Under the pieces are notes generated by a model. The model had not been told where the DNA came from. It did not search any database and saw nothing but the letters and a program-made list of their open reading frames with translations. From an uncultured Chloroflexia bacterium (GTDB taxonomy: Bacteria > Chloroflexota > Limnocylindria > Limnocylindrales > CSP1-4): a DNA stretch of 64,000 nt. A program made the position numbers and the translations under genes. The stretch spans positions 344,391-408,390 of the forward strand of contig CAWJHK010000006.1 of NCBI GenBank assembly GCA_963842695.1, read 5' to 3'. Shown piece after piece: positions 39,700 through 48,679 of the stretch. Position 1 is the first letter of the stretch, and every line of letters begins with the position of its first letter.

Positions 39700-40819
39700 T
39701 CAGGCGAGCTGCTGTCGGAGGTACTCCGCAACGGCGGCCGCACGGGCAGCCGTCCCGCTGAGACCGAGCTTCGCGTAGACGTTCGAAAGGTGACGCTCGA
39801 CCGTTCGAACGCTGAGCGTCAGGGCAACGGCGATCTGCTCGTTCGTCCGGCCCTCCGCGGCGAGCCGGAGGACCTCGACCTCGCGTCGCGAGAGCGCTTC
39901 GGTGATCCGCTCCGGGCGCTCGTCGTAGGCCTGTCGTTCGGGCTCGAGGAATGCCTCGACCTCGCCGATGAAGACCCCCCACGCCGGCTCGTCGGCCAGC
40001 AGGATGTGGTTCCGACTCTCGAGTGGCACGAGGCGCGCGCCCGGGATCAGCGAGGACACGCTGACGGCATTGTCGAAGGTGTTCGACCGATCGCCGATCG
40101 ACTGGAGCACGATGGTCGGGGCCGTGATGCGACCGAGGTCGTCCTCGAGGTCGACCTGCTGGCGGGCGATTTCGGCTGGCCACGGCGTTGGCCGGTGATG
40201 TCGACATCCGCTGGAGGTCGTCGAACCAGCGCATCTGCTCCTCGGTCGCGTCGGGGATGAACCTCGTCGTGAACACGCGCCGGAATGCGGGATCCTCCCT
40301 GGCCCAGCCGACCTCGATCATCTTCCGGTAGGTCTCTTCCTCGACGAGCTGTTCGGGCGTAAAGGCGATCGGTTCGCCGCAGACGGTGCCGTTCAGGATC
40401 AGCCGGCTGACGCGTTCCGGGTGGGCGATCGCGTAGGCCAGGGCGACGCCGGACCCGCCCGACATGCCGAGGAGCGCGAACCGCTCCAGGCCGGCCGCGG
40501 CCACGATCGTCTCGAGGTCGGCGAGGCGGGCTCCGAGCGAGAAGTCGTCGACCGTCCAGTCCGACAAACCGAAGCCCCGCTCGTCGTACCGGACGACCGT
40601 CGCGAGCGACCCGAGCTGCTCGAGGAAGTGACGCCAGACCGGGCTCTGCCAGTCGTACTGGAGGTGGCTGAGCCAGCACGACGCGACCACCAGCGGGGGA
40701 CCACTGCCGTGGACGGCGTAGGCGAGGCGGACGCCGTCCGGCGCACGGCAGAACTTGATCTGCTGGTCCCGCGAGCCGAACGGCCCTGCGGGCGCGACCG
40801 CTGTCGATCTGGCCGTCAT
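39700..40819 (-). pseudogene. alpha/beta-hydrolase domain fused to a C-terminal LuxR-type HTH; one frame break
   Basis: The N-terminal domain reads MTARSTA...IKFCRAPDGVRLAYAVHGSGPPLVV...FALLGMSGGSGVALAYA... (nucleophile elbow GMSGG). The C-terminal domain reads ...[44 protein letters not shown]. The break is near 40170. Confidence 0.8.
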
Positions 40820-40828
40820 GGCACCGCC

Positions 40829-40834
40829 ATCGTA
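40829..40834 (-). promoter_or_regulatory. -10 box TACGAT, 9 nt before ATG 40819 (leaderless regulator candidate)
   Basis: The minus strand reads cgTACGATggcggtgccATG. Confidence 0.4.
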
Positions 40835-40851
40835 CGGCGATGCTCAAGCCC

Positions 40852-40867
40852 GCCGGGCATGCCCGGC
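40852..40867. promoter_or_regulatory. perfect 16-bp palindrome GCCGGGCATGCCCGGC between the LuxR-type regulator and cphA
   Basis: It is centred in the 119-bp divergent intergenic region. It sits about 18-33 nt upstream of the regulator -10 and about 38 nt upstream of the cphA -10 candidate. Confidence 0.5.
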
Positions 40868-40904
40868 ACGGCGTGAGGTCGTATCCGTCGACCGGGGGAG
40901 CCGA

Positions 40905-40910
40905 TACACT
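40905..40910 (+). promoter_or_regulatory. -10 candidate TACACT for cphA (about 21-nt leader with AGGAGGG)
   Basis: The sequence is ccgaTACACTcggggtccgcagcgagcAGGAGGGcgacGTG. Confidence 0.35.
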
Positions 40911-40938
40911 CGGGGTCCGCAGCGAGCAGGAGGGCGAC

Positions 40939-43833
40939 GTGGCGCAGGCGGGACCCGCACGCCGGACCGCGAAGGCAAAGGCGACGGACGGCAACGGCTC
41001 CGGGACCTCGCGGTCATCGACCACCCGCCGCTCGACGCCGGCCCCGACGGCCGGCCCTGCCCCGACCCTGCGGATCCTCGAGACCCGGGTGCTGCGCGGC
41101 CCGAACTACTGGGCGCGCGAGCCGGTCATCCGCCTGCTGGTCGACCTCGGCGTCCTCGAGCAGTACCCGTCGAACACGCTGCCGAACTTCACCGACGCGC
41201 TGGTCGCGCTGCTGCCGACGCTCGAGGACCACGCCTGCTCGCTCGGTCGCCGCGGCGGGTTCATCACCCGTCTCCGCGACGGGACCTGGGCCGGCCACGT
41301 GGCCGAGCACATCGCGCTCGAGTTCCAGAACCTCGCCGGCACCGACGTCCGTCACGGCAAGACCCGCTCTGCCGGCAAGCCCGGCCAGTACAACTGCATC
41401 TTCGAGTACCGCGAGGAGGCGGTCGGGCTCGAGGCCGGGCGGATGGCCGTCGCCCTCGTCAACCACCTCGCCGCGCCGGACGACCCGGACGCCTTCTTCG
41501 ATTTCGCGCCGGAGATGGAGCGGCTCATCCGCCTCGCCGAGCGCCAGGCGTTCGGGCCGTCCACCCAGGCCCTGATCGACGAGGCGGTCAGCCGCGACAT
41601 CCCGTTCTTCCGCCTCGACCGCCACTCGCTCGTCCAGTTCGGGCACGGCGTCCACCAGCAACGGATCCGGGCGACGATGACCTCGCAGACCTCGGCGATC
41701 GGGGTCGACGTGGCGTCGGACAAGAGCCTCACCAACCGGCTCCTCGACTCGGCCGGGCTGCCCGTCCCACGGGCCGACGTCGTCGACACCGAGGACGGTG
41801 CGGTCGCCGTCGCGCGGCGGCTCGGCTTTCCGTGCGTCGTCAAGCCGCTCGACGGCAACCACGGCCGCGGCGTCCACCTCGACCTGCGGTCCGAGGAAGC
41901 CGTCCGCGCGGCCTTCCACGGCGCGCTTGCCCAGAGCCGCGGCGGCGACGTCGTGGTCGAGACGTACGTCGCCGGCAACGACTACCGCTGCCTGGTCATC
42001 GGCGGCAAGGTGGCCGCCATCGCCGAGCGCGTGCCGGCATCGGTCACCGGCGACGGTGAGCACACGGTCCGGGAGCTGGTCGACATCGCCAACAGCGACC
42101 CGCGGCGCGGGATCGGGCACGAGAAGGTGCTGACCCGCATCTCGGTCGACGCGGCGGCCGAGGAGCTCGTCCGCGCGCAGGGCCACGGATGGACGACGTG
42201 CTGCCGGAGGGGACCTGGGTCAAGCTGGCCCTGACCGGCAACATGTCGACCGGCGGCACGTCGATCGACCGGACGATCGAGGCGCACCCCGACAACGTCG
42301 AGATCGCCGAGACGGCCGCCCGGATCGTCGGGCTCGACGTGGCCGGCATCGACTTCATCTGCCCCGACATCGCCACGCCCGTCCGCGAGACCGGCGGAGC
42401 GATCGTCGAGGTCAACGCGGCACCCGGCTTCCGGATGCACACCCATCCGACCGAGGGCGAGCCGCAGTACGTCGCCCGCCCGGTCATCGACTCGCTGTTC
42501 CCGGCCGGGTCGTCGGCCCGGATCCCGATCCTCGCGGTCACCGGCACGAACGGGAAGACGACGACCGTCCGGATGATCGCCCACATCCTCAAGCTCATGG
42601 GCCGGCGGGTCGGGATGACCTCGACCGACGGCATCGTCATCGACGGCCGGCTGATCAAGAAGGGCGACATGTCCGGGCCGAAGTCGGCCCAGATGGTGCT
42701 CCAGAACCCGACCGTCGACACCGCGGTGTTCGAGGTCGCCCGCGGCGGGATCCTGCGCGAGGGCCTCGGCTACGACCGGAACGACGTGGCGGTCGTGACC
42801 AACGTCACCGGCGACCACCTTGGCCTCGGCGGGATCGACTCGATCGGCCAGCTGGCGAACGTCAAGGGCGTCGTCGTCGAGGCCGTCCCGCGCTCGGGGA
42901 CGGCGGTGCTCAATGCCGACGACAGCCACGTGTACCGGATGGGCCGCCACTGCGCCGGGCGGGTCGTCCTGTTCAGCATGGCCACCCAGAAGGGCGAGGA
43001 TGGCTACGACCGGGTCGACGGTCACACCAGCCGTGGCGGGGCGGCCTTCCGCCTCGAGCCGTCGAACGAGGGCGAGCTGATCGTCCTGCGGCTCGGGTCG
43101 CGGACGATGCCGGTCCTGTACACCCACCTCATCCCGGCCACGTTCGGCGGCCGGGCGCGGATGAACGTCGCGAACGCGCTGGCCGCCGCGGCCGCGGCAT
43201 GGGCCGCCGGGGCGCACCTCCACGACATCCGGCAGGGCCTGCGCACGTTCTCGACGTCGTTCTTCCAGGCGCCCGGCCGGCTGAACCTGGTCGATGTCGG
43301 TGGCGTCCGCGTCTTCATCGACTACTGCCACAACGTCGACGGCATGCGCCAGCTGGCCGACTTCGTCGAACGGATGATGGTCGACATGCCGAAGAAGTCG
43401 GGACGGGTCGGTCCTCCCGCCAACGGCTCGCGGACGGGACGGGCCATCGGCGTGCTCGGCATCCCCGGCGACCGCCGCGACGACGACCAGCGCGAATACG
43501 GGGCGATCGCGGCCGGCGCCTTCGACGAGATCATCGTTCGCGAGGACGCGAACCTGCGAGGACGCGAGCCGGGCGAGACGGCATCCAACGTCGTCGAGGG
43601 CGTGCGGGAGGCGCGGGCCGCGGGGACGGCACGGGTCGGGAAGGCGGAGAAGGTGCTCGACGAGATGGCCGCCGTGCGGGCCGCGCTCCGGCGCGCGATG
43701 CCCGGGGATCTCGTGGTGTGCTGCGTCGACGATGCGGTCGCTGTGTACCGCGAGGCGATGGCCGCAGCCGGCACCTCCCGCGGCGGGCACGGCCTTCGCG
43801 GACCCCGGCGAGCTGGAAGCCCCCGAGGGCTGA
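40939..43833 (+). pseudogene. cphA: cyanophycin synthetase (N + ATP-grasp G + Mur-ligase-like M domains); 2 frame breaks
   Basis: GTG 40939 follows a strong SD. The domain order is ...LRILETRVLRGPNYWAREPVIRL... (N), ...VVKPLDGNHGRGV...NMSTGGTSIDRT...EVNAAPGFRMH... (G), then ...ILAVTGTNGKTTT...TNVTGDHLG...LNADD... (M). The breaks are near 42187 and 43797. The reconstructed end is ...GTAFADPGELEAPEG with TGA at 43831-43833. Confidence 0.9.
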
Positions 43834-43929
43834 CGGCCCGGGCACGCGTGCCGGTCGCGCGTCTCAGGCGCGCATTCACGAGATCCGATCCTGGCTCCGG
43901 CACGACGCGCCCCAGGAGCGCATCCCTAG

Positions 43930-43998
43930 CATCCGAGCGTGGCTCCATCCAGAAACGGAACGGATCTGTCGGAATCGACGACGCGGCACGCTCGGATG
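43930..43998. repeat. perfect 12-bp inverted repeat (CATCCGAGCGTG ... CACGCTCGGATG) with a 45-nt spacer, between the convergent cphA genes
   Basis: The arms are at 43930-43941 and 43987-43998. The enclosed sequence is locally AT-richer (agaaacggaacggatctgtcggaatcga). A separate 12-bp palindrome GGCACGCGTGCC at 43841-43852 follows the cphA stop. Confidence 0.5.
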
Positions 43999-44043
43999 TT
44001 CGAGATCCGCGCCTGTGCGGCGCGTCGGCCTCGACGTGGCGAA

Positions 44044-45801
44044 CTACCCCCGCCGCGGACGACCCTGGAGGCGCGGGACCAGCTCCGTCAGCTCGGATCC
44101 GACGTCGACCGGCCGCGCCCCGACCTCGTGCAGGAGGTCGAAGACGCCGTCCCGTTCCTCGTGGCACATCAGCACGATCACGCGAGCCGAGTCGGGGCGC
44201 CGGCCGTCGCCGCCCGCGCCCCCGTTGAGCTCGGCGCGGAGGGCGATCGTCTCGGTCTCGTAGACGGGCACGTCGGCAACGGATCCGCCGCCGGCGACCA
44301 CCCCGGCCAGCAGCTCTCCGACGACCGACTTCGCCGTCCGTCCGCGAAGGTACTTGCGGGTCTCCTTGATCGCGACACGCTGGGCTCGCTGGGCGGCGAT
44401 CCGGCCGATGCCGCGGAGCGTATCGTCCGGCCGGTCGCCGGCGGTCCCGATGATCGCGGTGATCGGAGCGGTCCTGCCGGCCGCACCCGCGGCGATGCCC
44501 TCGGCGACGTCGAGCACGGCCGCCACGCCCGCCTCGTTGTGGGCGAAGTCGACGATGACGACCCTGGCCCCCAGCCGGAACAGGTTGAGACGGCCCGGCG
44601 ACCGCTCGGCGCTCGGTGCGAAGTCGGTCAGGCCGTCGCGGACCTCGTCGATCGTCGCGCCGAGGCCTCGGGCCCCGCCGGCCGCCGCCAGCGCGTTGGC
44701 GACGTTGTGGCGGGCCAGGCCGCCGATCGTGATCGGGACCCGGCCGACCTCGACGATCTCGGTCACCGCCTCGCCGTTGGCCTCGACCATCGAGCCGTCC
44801 CGGACGAAATAGGCACGGCCGCCCCTCGATCGATGCCGGCGCACGACCGCGCGACCGGTCGCCATCGAGGCTGAACAGGGCGACGTGCGCCCGGACGCGG
44901 CGGGCCATCGCGGCGACGTGCGGGTCGTCGGCGTTGAGGACGACCCAGCCGTCGGGCTTCGTGATCCGGCAGATCGTCGACTTGACCTCGGCCAGCTCCG
45001 GGAGGGTATGGATGCCCTGGAGGTCGAGGTGGTCGGACGAGACGTTCGTCAGCACACTCGCGTCGTTCGACTCGTAGCCGACGCCGCGGAGGACGATCCC
45101 TCCCCGGGCGGTCTCGAGGACCGCCACCTCGACATCGCGCCGGGCAAGGACAATCTGGGCCCCGCCGGGCCCCGTCCAGTCGCCCGGGTCGACCATTCGC
45201 TCGTCCACGAGAACGCCGTCGGAGGTCGTCGTGCCGACCCGCCGCCCGGCCCGCAGCAGGACGTGGGTGATCAGCCGGGTCACCGTGCTCTTGCCGTTCG
45301 TGCCGGAGATCGAGACGAGCGGGATCGTCCGGCGGTCGTCGCGGATCCACTCGGGCGGAGTGGTCCGGGCCTCCGCGATCCGCTCCGTCCAGCGTGCGAG
45401 CAGCCGGTCCTGCGCCCCGGTCAGGCGGGCGCCGCGGGCCGGTGAGACGTCGCGCTCGGTCAGGGCAATGGACGCCTCGGTCAGCGTCAGCGCCCGCTCG
45501 GCGCCGGACCACGGAAAGGTCACGATCCAGTGGCCGGGGTCGGACGAGCGATGGACGCCCAGCCCGCGTCGTCCCTCGCCGTGATCCGCGCGCAACCGCC
45601 GGAGCCAGGCGACGATGGCCGCCACCTGGTCGGGCCAGTCGCGCGCCGGCACATTGGCGCCGAGCTGTACCAGCGCGTGGCGGCCCGGGTCGCGCTGCCC
45701 GTACCACGTCCGCCGGCGCCCGACCGCGACCTCGAGCTTGACCACCGGCTCGAGCCGGTAGACGTTGGGCCCCTCGAGCAGGCGGGTCTCGACCAGACGC
45801 A
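44044..45801 (-). pseudogene. cyanophycin-synthetase-like protein with N and Mur-ligase-like M domains only (no ATP-grasp domain); one frame break
   Basis: The N-terminus VRLVETRLLEGPNVYRLEPVVKLEV... parallels the CphA N-domain. About 190 aa later the M domain begins directly: ...IPLVSISGTNGKSTVTRLI...TNVSSDHLDLQG...VLNADDPH... The C-terminal lobe follows in a second frame: ...HNVANALAAAG...SPGRLNLF......VIVDFAHNEAG... The break is near 44868. I chose GTG 45801 over ATG 45847. Confidence 0.75.
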
Positions 45802-45810
45802 CGGTCCGGG

Positions 45811-45816
45811 CAGGAT
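45811..45816 (-). promoter_or_regulatory. -10 box TATCCT, 9 nt before GTG 45801
   Basis: The minus strand reads ttgcTATCCTgcccggaccGTG. Confidence 0.35.
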
Positions 45817-45831
45817 AGCAAGGTCGAAGGG

Positions 45832-45837
45832 CTAGAC
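45832..45837 (+). promoter_or_regulatory. -10 box TAGACT, 8 nt before ATG 45846 (leaderless candidate)
   Basis: The sequence is gggcTAGACTgcgcgccATG. It is back-to-back with the minus-strand box 16 nt away. Confidence 0.4.
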
Positions 45838-45845
45838 TGCGCGCC

Positions 45846-47087
45846 ATGACGGCTTCGACCTCCCAGCTCCCCACGCCCGCCACGACCGAGCTCGACGCCC
45901 TCCGCGCGGCCATTGCGGCCGACCTGCCGGCCTACCTCGACGACCTCGAGGAGCTCGTCAACATCGATTGCGGAAGCTACACGCCCGACGGCGTCGACCA
46001 GATCGGGCGGTGGGTCACGACGTTCCTGGCCGAGCTCGGCGCCCAGGTCGAGGCGCGACCCGACCCTTCGGGCCGGTTCGGATCGACGATCGTCGGCACC
46101 ATCGACGGCCAGTCCGGCGGACCCCGGGCGCTGCTGATCGGTCACATGGACACTGTCTTCGACCCAGGGACAGCGGCGGAGCGCCCATTCCGCATCGACG
46201 ACGACGTTGCCTACGGCCCGGGCGTGACTGACATGAAGTCCGGGCTCCTGGCCGGCCTCTACGCGCTGAAGGCGATCATCGGGCAGCGCGGCGGGATGCC
46301 GTTCGAGCGGGTCGTCTTCGTCGCCAACCCGGACGAGGAGATCGGGTCGGTCACCTCCACGCCGCACATCGAGGCGCTGGCCGGCGACGTGGACGTGGCA
46401 CTCGTGCTCGAGTGCGCGCGAGCCAATGGCGACATCGTGTCCGCTCGCAAGGGGATCGTCGACCTCCGGATCGTCATCAACGGCCGCGCCGCGCACGCCG
46501 GCGTCGAACCGGAGAAGGGTCGCAGCGCGATCCTCGAGGCCGCCCGGATCGTCGAGGACCTGCACGCGCTCAACGGTCGGTGGCCCGACGTGACCGTCAA
46601 CGTCGGCGTGATCACCGGCGGCACGCGGTTCAACGTGGTTCCCGAGCGCTGCGCCCTGGACGTCGACATCCGTGCGACATCGCGGGCGGCCCTCGAAGCC
46701 GCGGAGGCGGAGGTTCGCTCGGTCGCGGCGGCGACCGAGGTGCCGGACACGACCGTCGGAGTCGAGGAGCTGAACCGCTGGTGGCCGATGGAGAAGCTCG
46801 AGCGGAGCGGACGCCTCGTCGAGCACGCCCAGGCCGTGGCCGGTTCGCTCGGCTTCGCGGTCGCGGACGCCTCGACGGGCGGTGCGTCCGACGCCAACAC
46901 GACATCCGGGATGGGTGTCCCGAGCCTCGACGGCCTCGGCCCGATCGGCGGCAACGATCATGCCCCGACGGAATACCTCGAGGTCGATTCGATCGTGCCG
47001 CGCACGACCCTGCTGGCGGGGCTCCTGCTGGCGATCGCCGCCGACCCGGAGGTTCTCGCCTGGCGCGACGGTCAGCCCGGAGGATGA
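45846..47087 (+). CDS. M20-family metallopeptidase (carboxypeptidase G2-like)
   Basis: The product reads ...ALLIGHMDTVF...GPGVTDMKSGL...FVANPDEEIGS...RKGI......GRAAHAG...GGASDAN... The frame is intact. Confidence 0.85.
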   Translation: MTASTSQLPTPATTELDALRAAIAADLPAYLDDLEELVNIDCGSYTPDGVDQIGRWVTTFLAELGAQVEARPDPSGRFGSTIVGTIDGQSGGPRALLIGHMDTVFDPGTAAERPFRIDDDVAYGPGVTDMKSGLLAGLYALKAIIGQRGGMPFERVVFVANPDEEIGSVTSTPHIEALAGDVDVALVLECARANGDIVSARKGIVDLRIVINGRAAHAGVEPEKGRSAILEAARIVEDLHALNGRWPDVTVNVGVITGGTRFNVVPERCALDVDIRATSRAALEAAEAEVRSVAAATEVPDTTVGVEELNRWWPMEKLERSGRLVEHAQAVAGSLGFAVADASTGGASDANTTSGMGVPSLDGLGPIGGNDHAPTEYLEVDSIVPRTTLLAGLLLAIAADPEVLAWRDGQPGG

Positions 47088-47485
47088 GCGAGGAGCCGGC
47101 CGGCCGGCGGCGGGTCTCGTCGGGCGGACCATGGGAGGCCGTCGCCGGCTACAGCCGGGCAATCGTCGTCGGCGACTCGTGCTGGGTCGCGGGTACGACT
47201 GACGCAGGGCCGGACGGTCAGTCGACTCATCCGGGTGACATCGGGGCACAGACGCGGGCGACCCTCGGGATCATCGAGCGCGCGCTCGGCGAGGCCGGCT
47301 TTGCGTTGACCGACGTCGTCCGCACGCGGATGTTCGTGACGGACATGACGCGCTCGGCCGAGGTCATCGCCGTCCACGGCGAGGTCTTCGGCGAGATCCG
47401 GCCGGCGGCCACCCTGGTCGGGGTCACCGCCCTGATCGAGCCGACGGTGTTGATCGAGATCGAGGCCGACGCTCAGCGCGGCTGA
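47084..47485 (+). CDS. RidA/YjgF-family protein
   Basis: The ATG overlaps the M20 stop (ATGA). The product reads ...YSRAIVVGD.CWVAGTT...GDIGAQTRATLGIIERAL.EAGF.L.DVVRTRMFVTD... Confidence 0.8.
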   Translation: MSEEPAGRRRVSSGGPWEAVAGYSRAIVVGDSCWVAGTTDAGPDGQSTHPGDIGAQTRATLGIIERALGEAGFALTDVVRTRMFVTDMTRSAEVIAVHGEVFGEIRPAATLVGVTALIEPTVLIEIEADAQRG

Positions 47486-47508
47486 CGACCGGCCGGCGCC
47501 GCCGACGC

Positions 47509-47853
47509 TCAGCCGGGGATCTCGGCCAACCCGGCCGTTCGCGCGATGGCCACGATGGCGACGGCCGCGACCAGGCCGAGGAACAGGTTCCGCCGGCGAG
47601 CGACGATCGCCAGGCAGACGAAGACCGCCACCCACTCGATGCCGACGTGGAACGACGGCACGTCGTCGTCACCGACGACGACCATCACGCTGACCGCGGC
47701 CAGCGCGGCAAGGACCGCCGGGCCGACGAGCTGGAGATAGGCGAATGCCACCCGGGGCAGCCGGTCGAGGCCGGGCGTCAGAAGGCCGACCGCCCGGAAG
47801 GGGTAGGTGACCGCGAACATCAGCACGGCCAGCAGGACGAGGTTCGTGCTCAT
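47509..47853 (-). CDS. azlD: branched-chain amino-acid transport protein AzlD
   Basis: The product is 114 aa and very hydrophobic: MSTNLVLLAVLMFAVTYPFRAVGLL... Confidence 0.75.
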   Translation of the reverse strand: MSTNLVLLAVLMFAVTYPFRAVGLLTPGLDRLPRVAFAYLQLVGPAVLAALAAVSVMVVVGDDDVPSFHVGIEWVAVFVCLAIVARRRNLFLGLVAAVAIVAIARTAGLAEIPG

Positions 47854-48679
47854 CGCGGCCCGTCCCCGGTAGAGGTCTCGCCGTGGACGTGCGCATCGGG
47901 CATGAGGTACCGGTTCGCGGACTCAAGGCTGCCGAGAGGCGCCGTCTCCGCCGCAAGCGCCTTTGGAACGAGCAGGCCCGGCGAACGGCCCGACCACGCC
48001 GCCGGCGACGATCCCGATCGCCGGGCTGGACGCCAGCGCCACGCCCACGGCCACGCCCGCCCCGACGATCGCGGCAACGAGCTCGCGGCGACCGGTGATC
48101 AGCCCGACCGCCAGGCCGATCATCGCGGCCGGGAAGATGACGTCGATCCCGATGCGCGCCGGATCCGGGATCTGCGCCCCGAGCACGACCCCGGTCAAGG
48201 TGGCGAGGTTCCACGGGATGAACGTGCAGGCGATCGCCCCGACCCAGTAGCCCCACGGGTCGCCCCGGCCGATGCGCCGGAAGTGGCTGATCGCGAGGGC
48301 GAAGGACTCGTCGGTCAGGAAGTGCGCCATCGCCGCCCGGCGCGGCAGCCCGACATCCCGCAGCCACGGCGCGAGGGCGGCCGAGTAGAGGACGTGCCGT
48401 GCGTTGAGCAGCGCGGTCAGGACGATGATGCCCGGCCAGGCGAGGCCGCTGGCCACGTAGCCGACCGCGGCGAACTGGGCCGCGCCGGCGAACACGATCG
48501 TGCTCATCGCCATGGCCTCGACGACGGAGAACCCGGCCTCGCGGGCGGACAGGCCGTAGACGAACCCGAACCCCATCGCGGAGACGGCGATCCCGATCGC
48601 GTCGGTCGCCAGCTGCCGGCGGCTGGCCTTGAGGTCGGGGGTGGCGGCGTCGCTCAGCGCAGGTACGTCTTCCCGCACG
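47850..48679 (-). pseudogene. azlC: AzlC-family branched-chain amino-acid permease component; one frame break; start uncertain
   Basis: The product reads ...GFGFVYGLSAREAGFS..EAMAMSTIVFAGAAQFAAVG... The tail continues in another frame to a stop overlapping the azlD ATG. The break is near 47980. The candidate start GTG, near 48679, overlaps the upstream small gene. Confidence 0.7.

Noticed and set aside
37988-40819. 943-aa minus-strand ORF as a single giant protein
   Set aside because: It is a chimera. Only its first ~215 aa (alpha/beta hydrolase) and an internal stretch (OsmC) are real coding sequence. The rest is out-of-frame read-through and antisense to cyanophycinase.
43930-43998. Inverted repeat considered as the terminal repeats of a miniature transposable element
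   Set aside because: The element would be only 69 bp. I could see no target-site duplication, no transposase anywhere in the window, and no second copy. I kept it as a structural or regulatory candidate instead.
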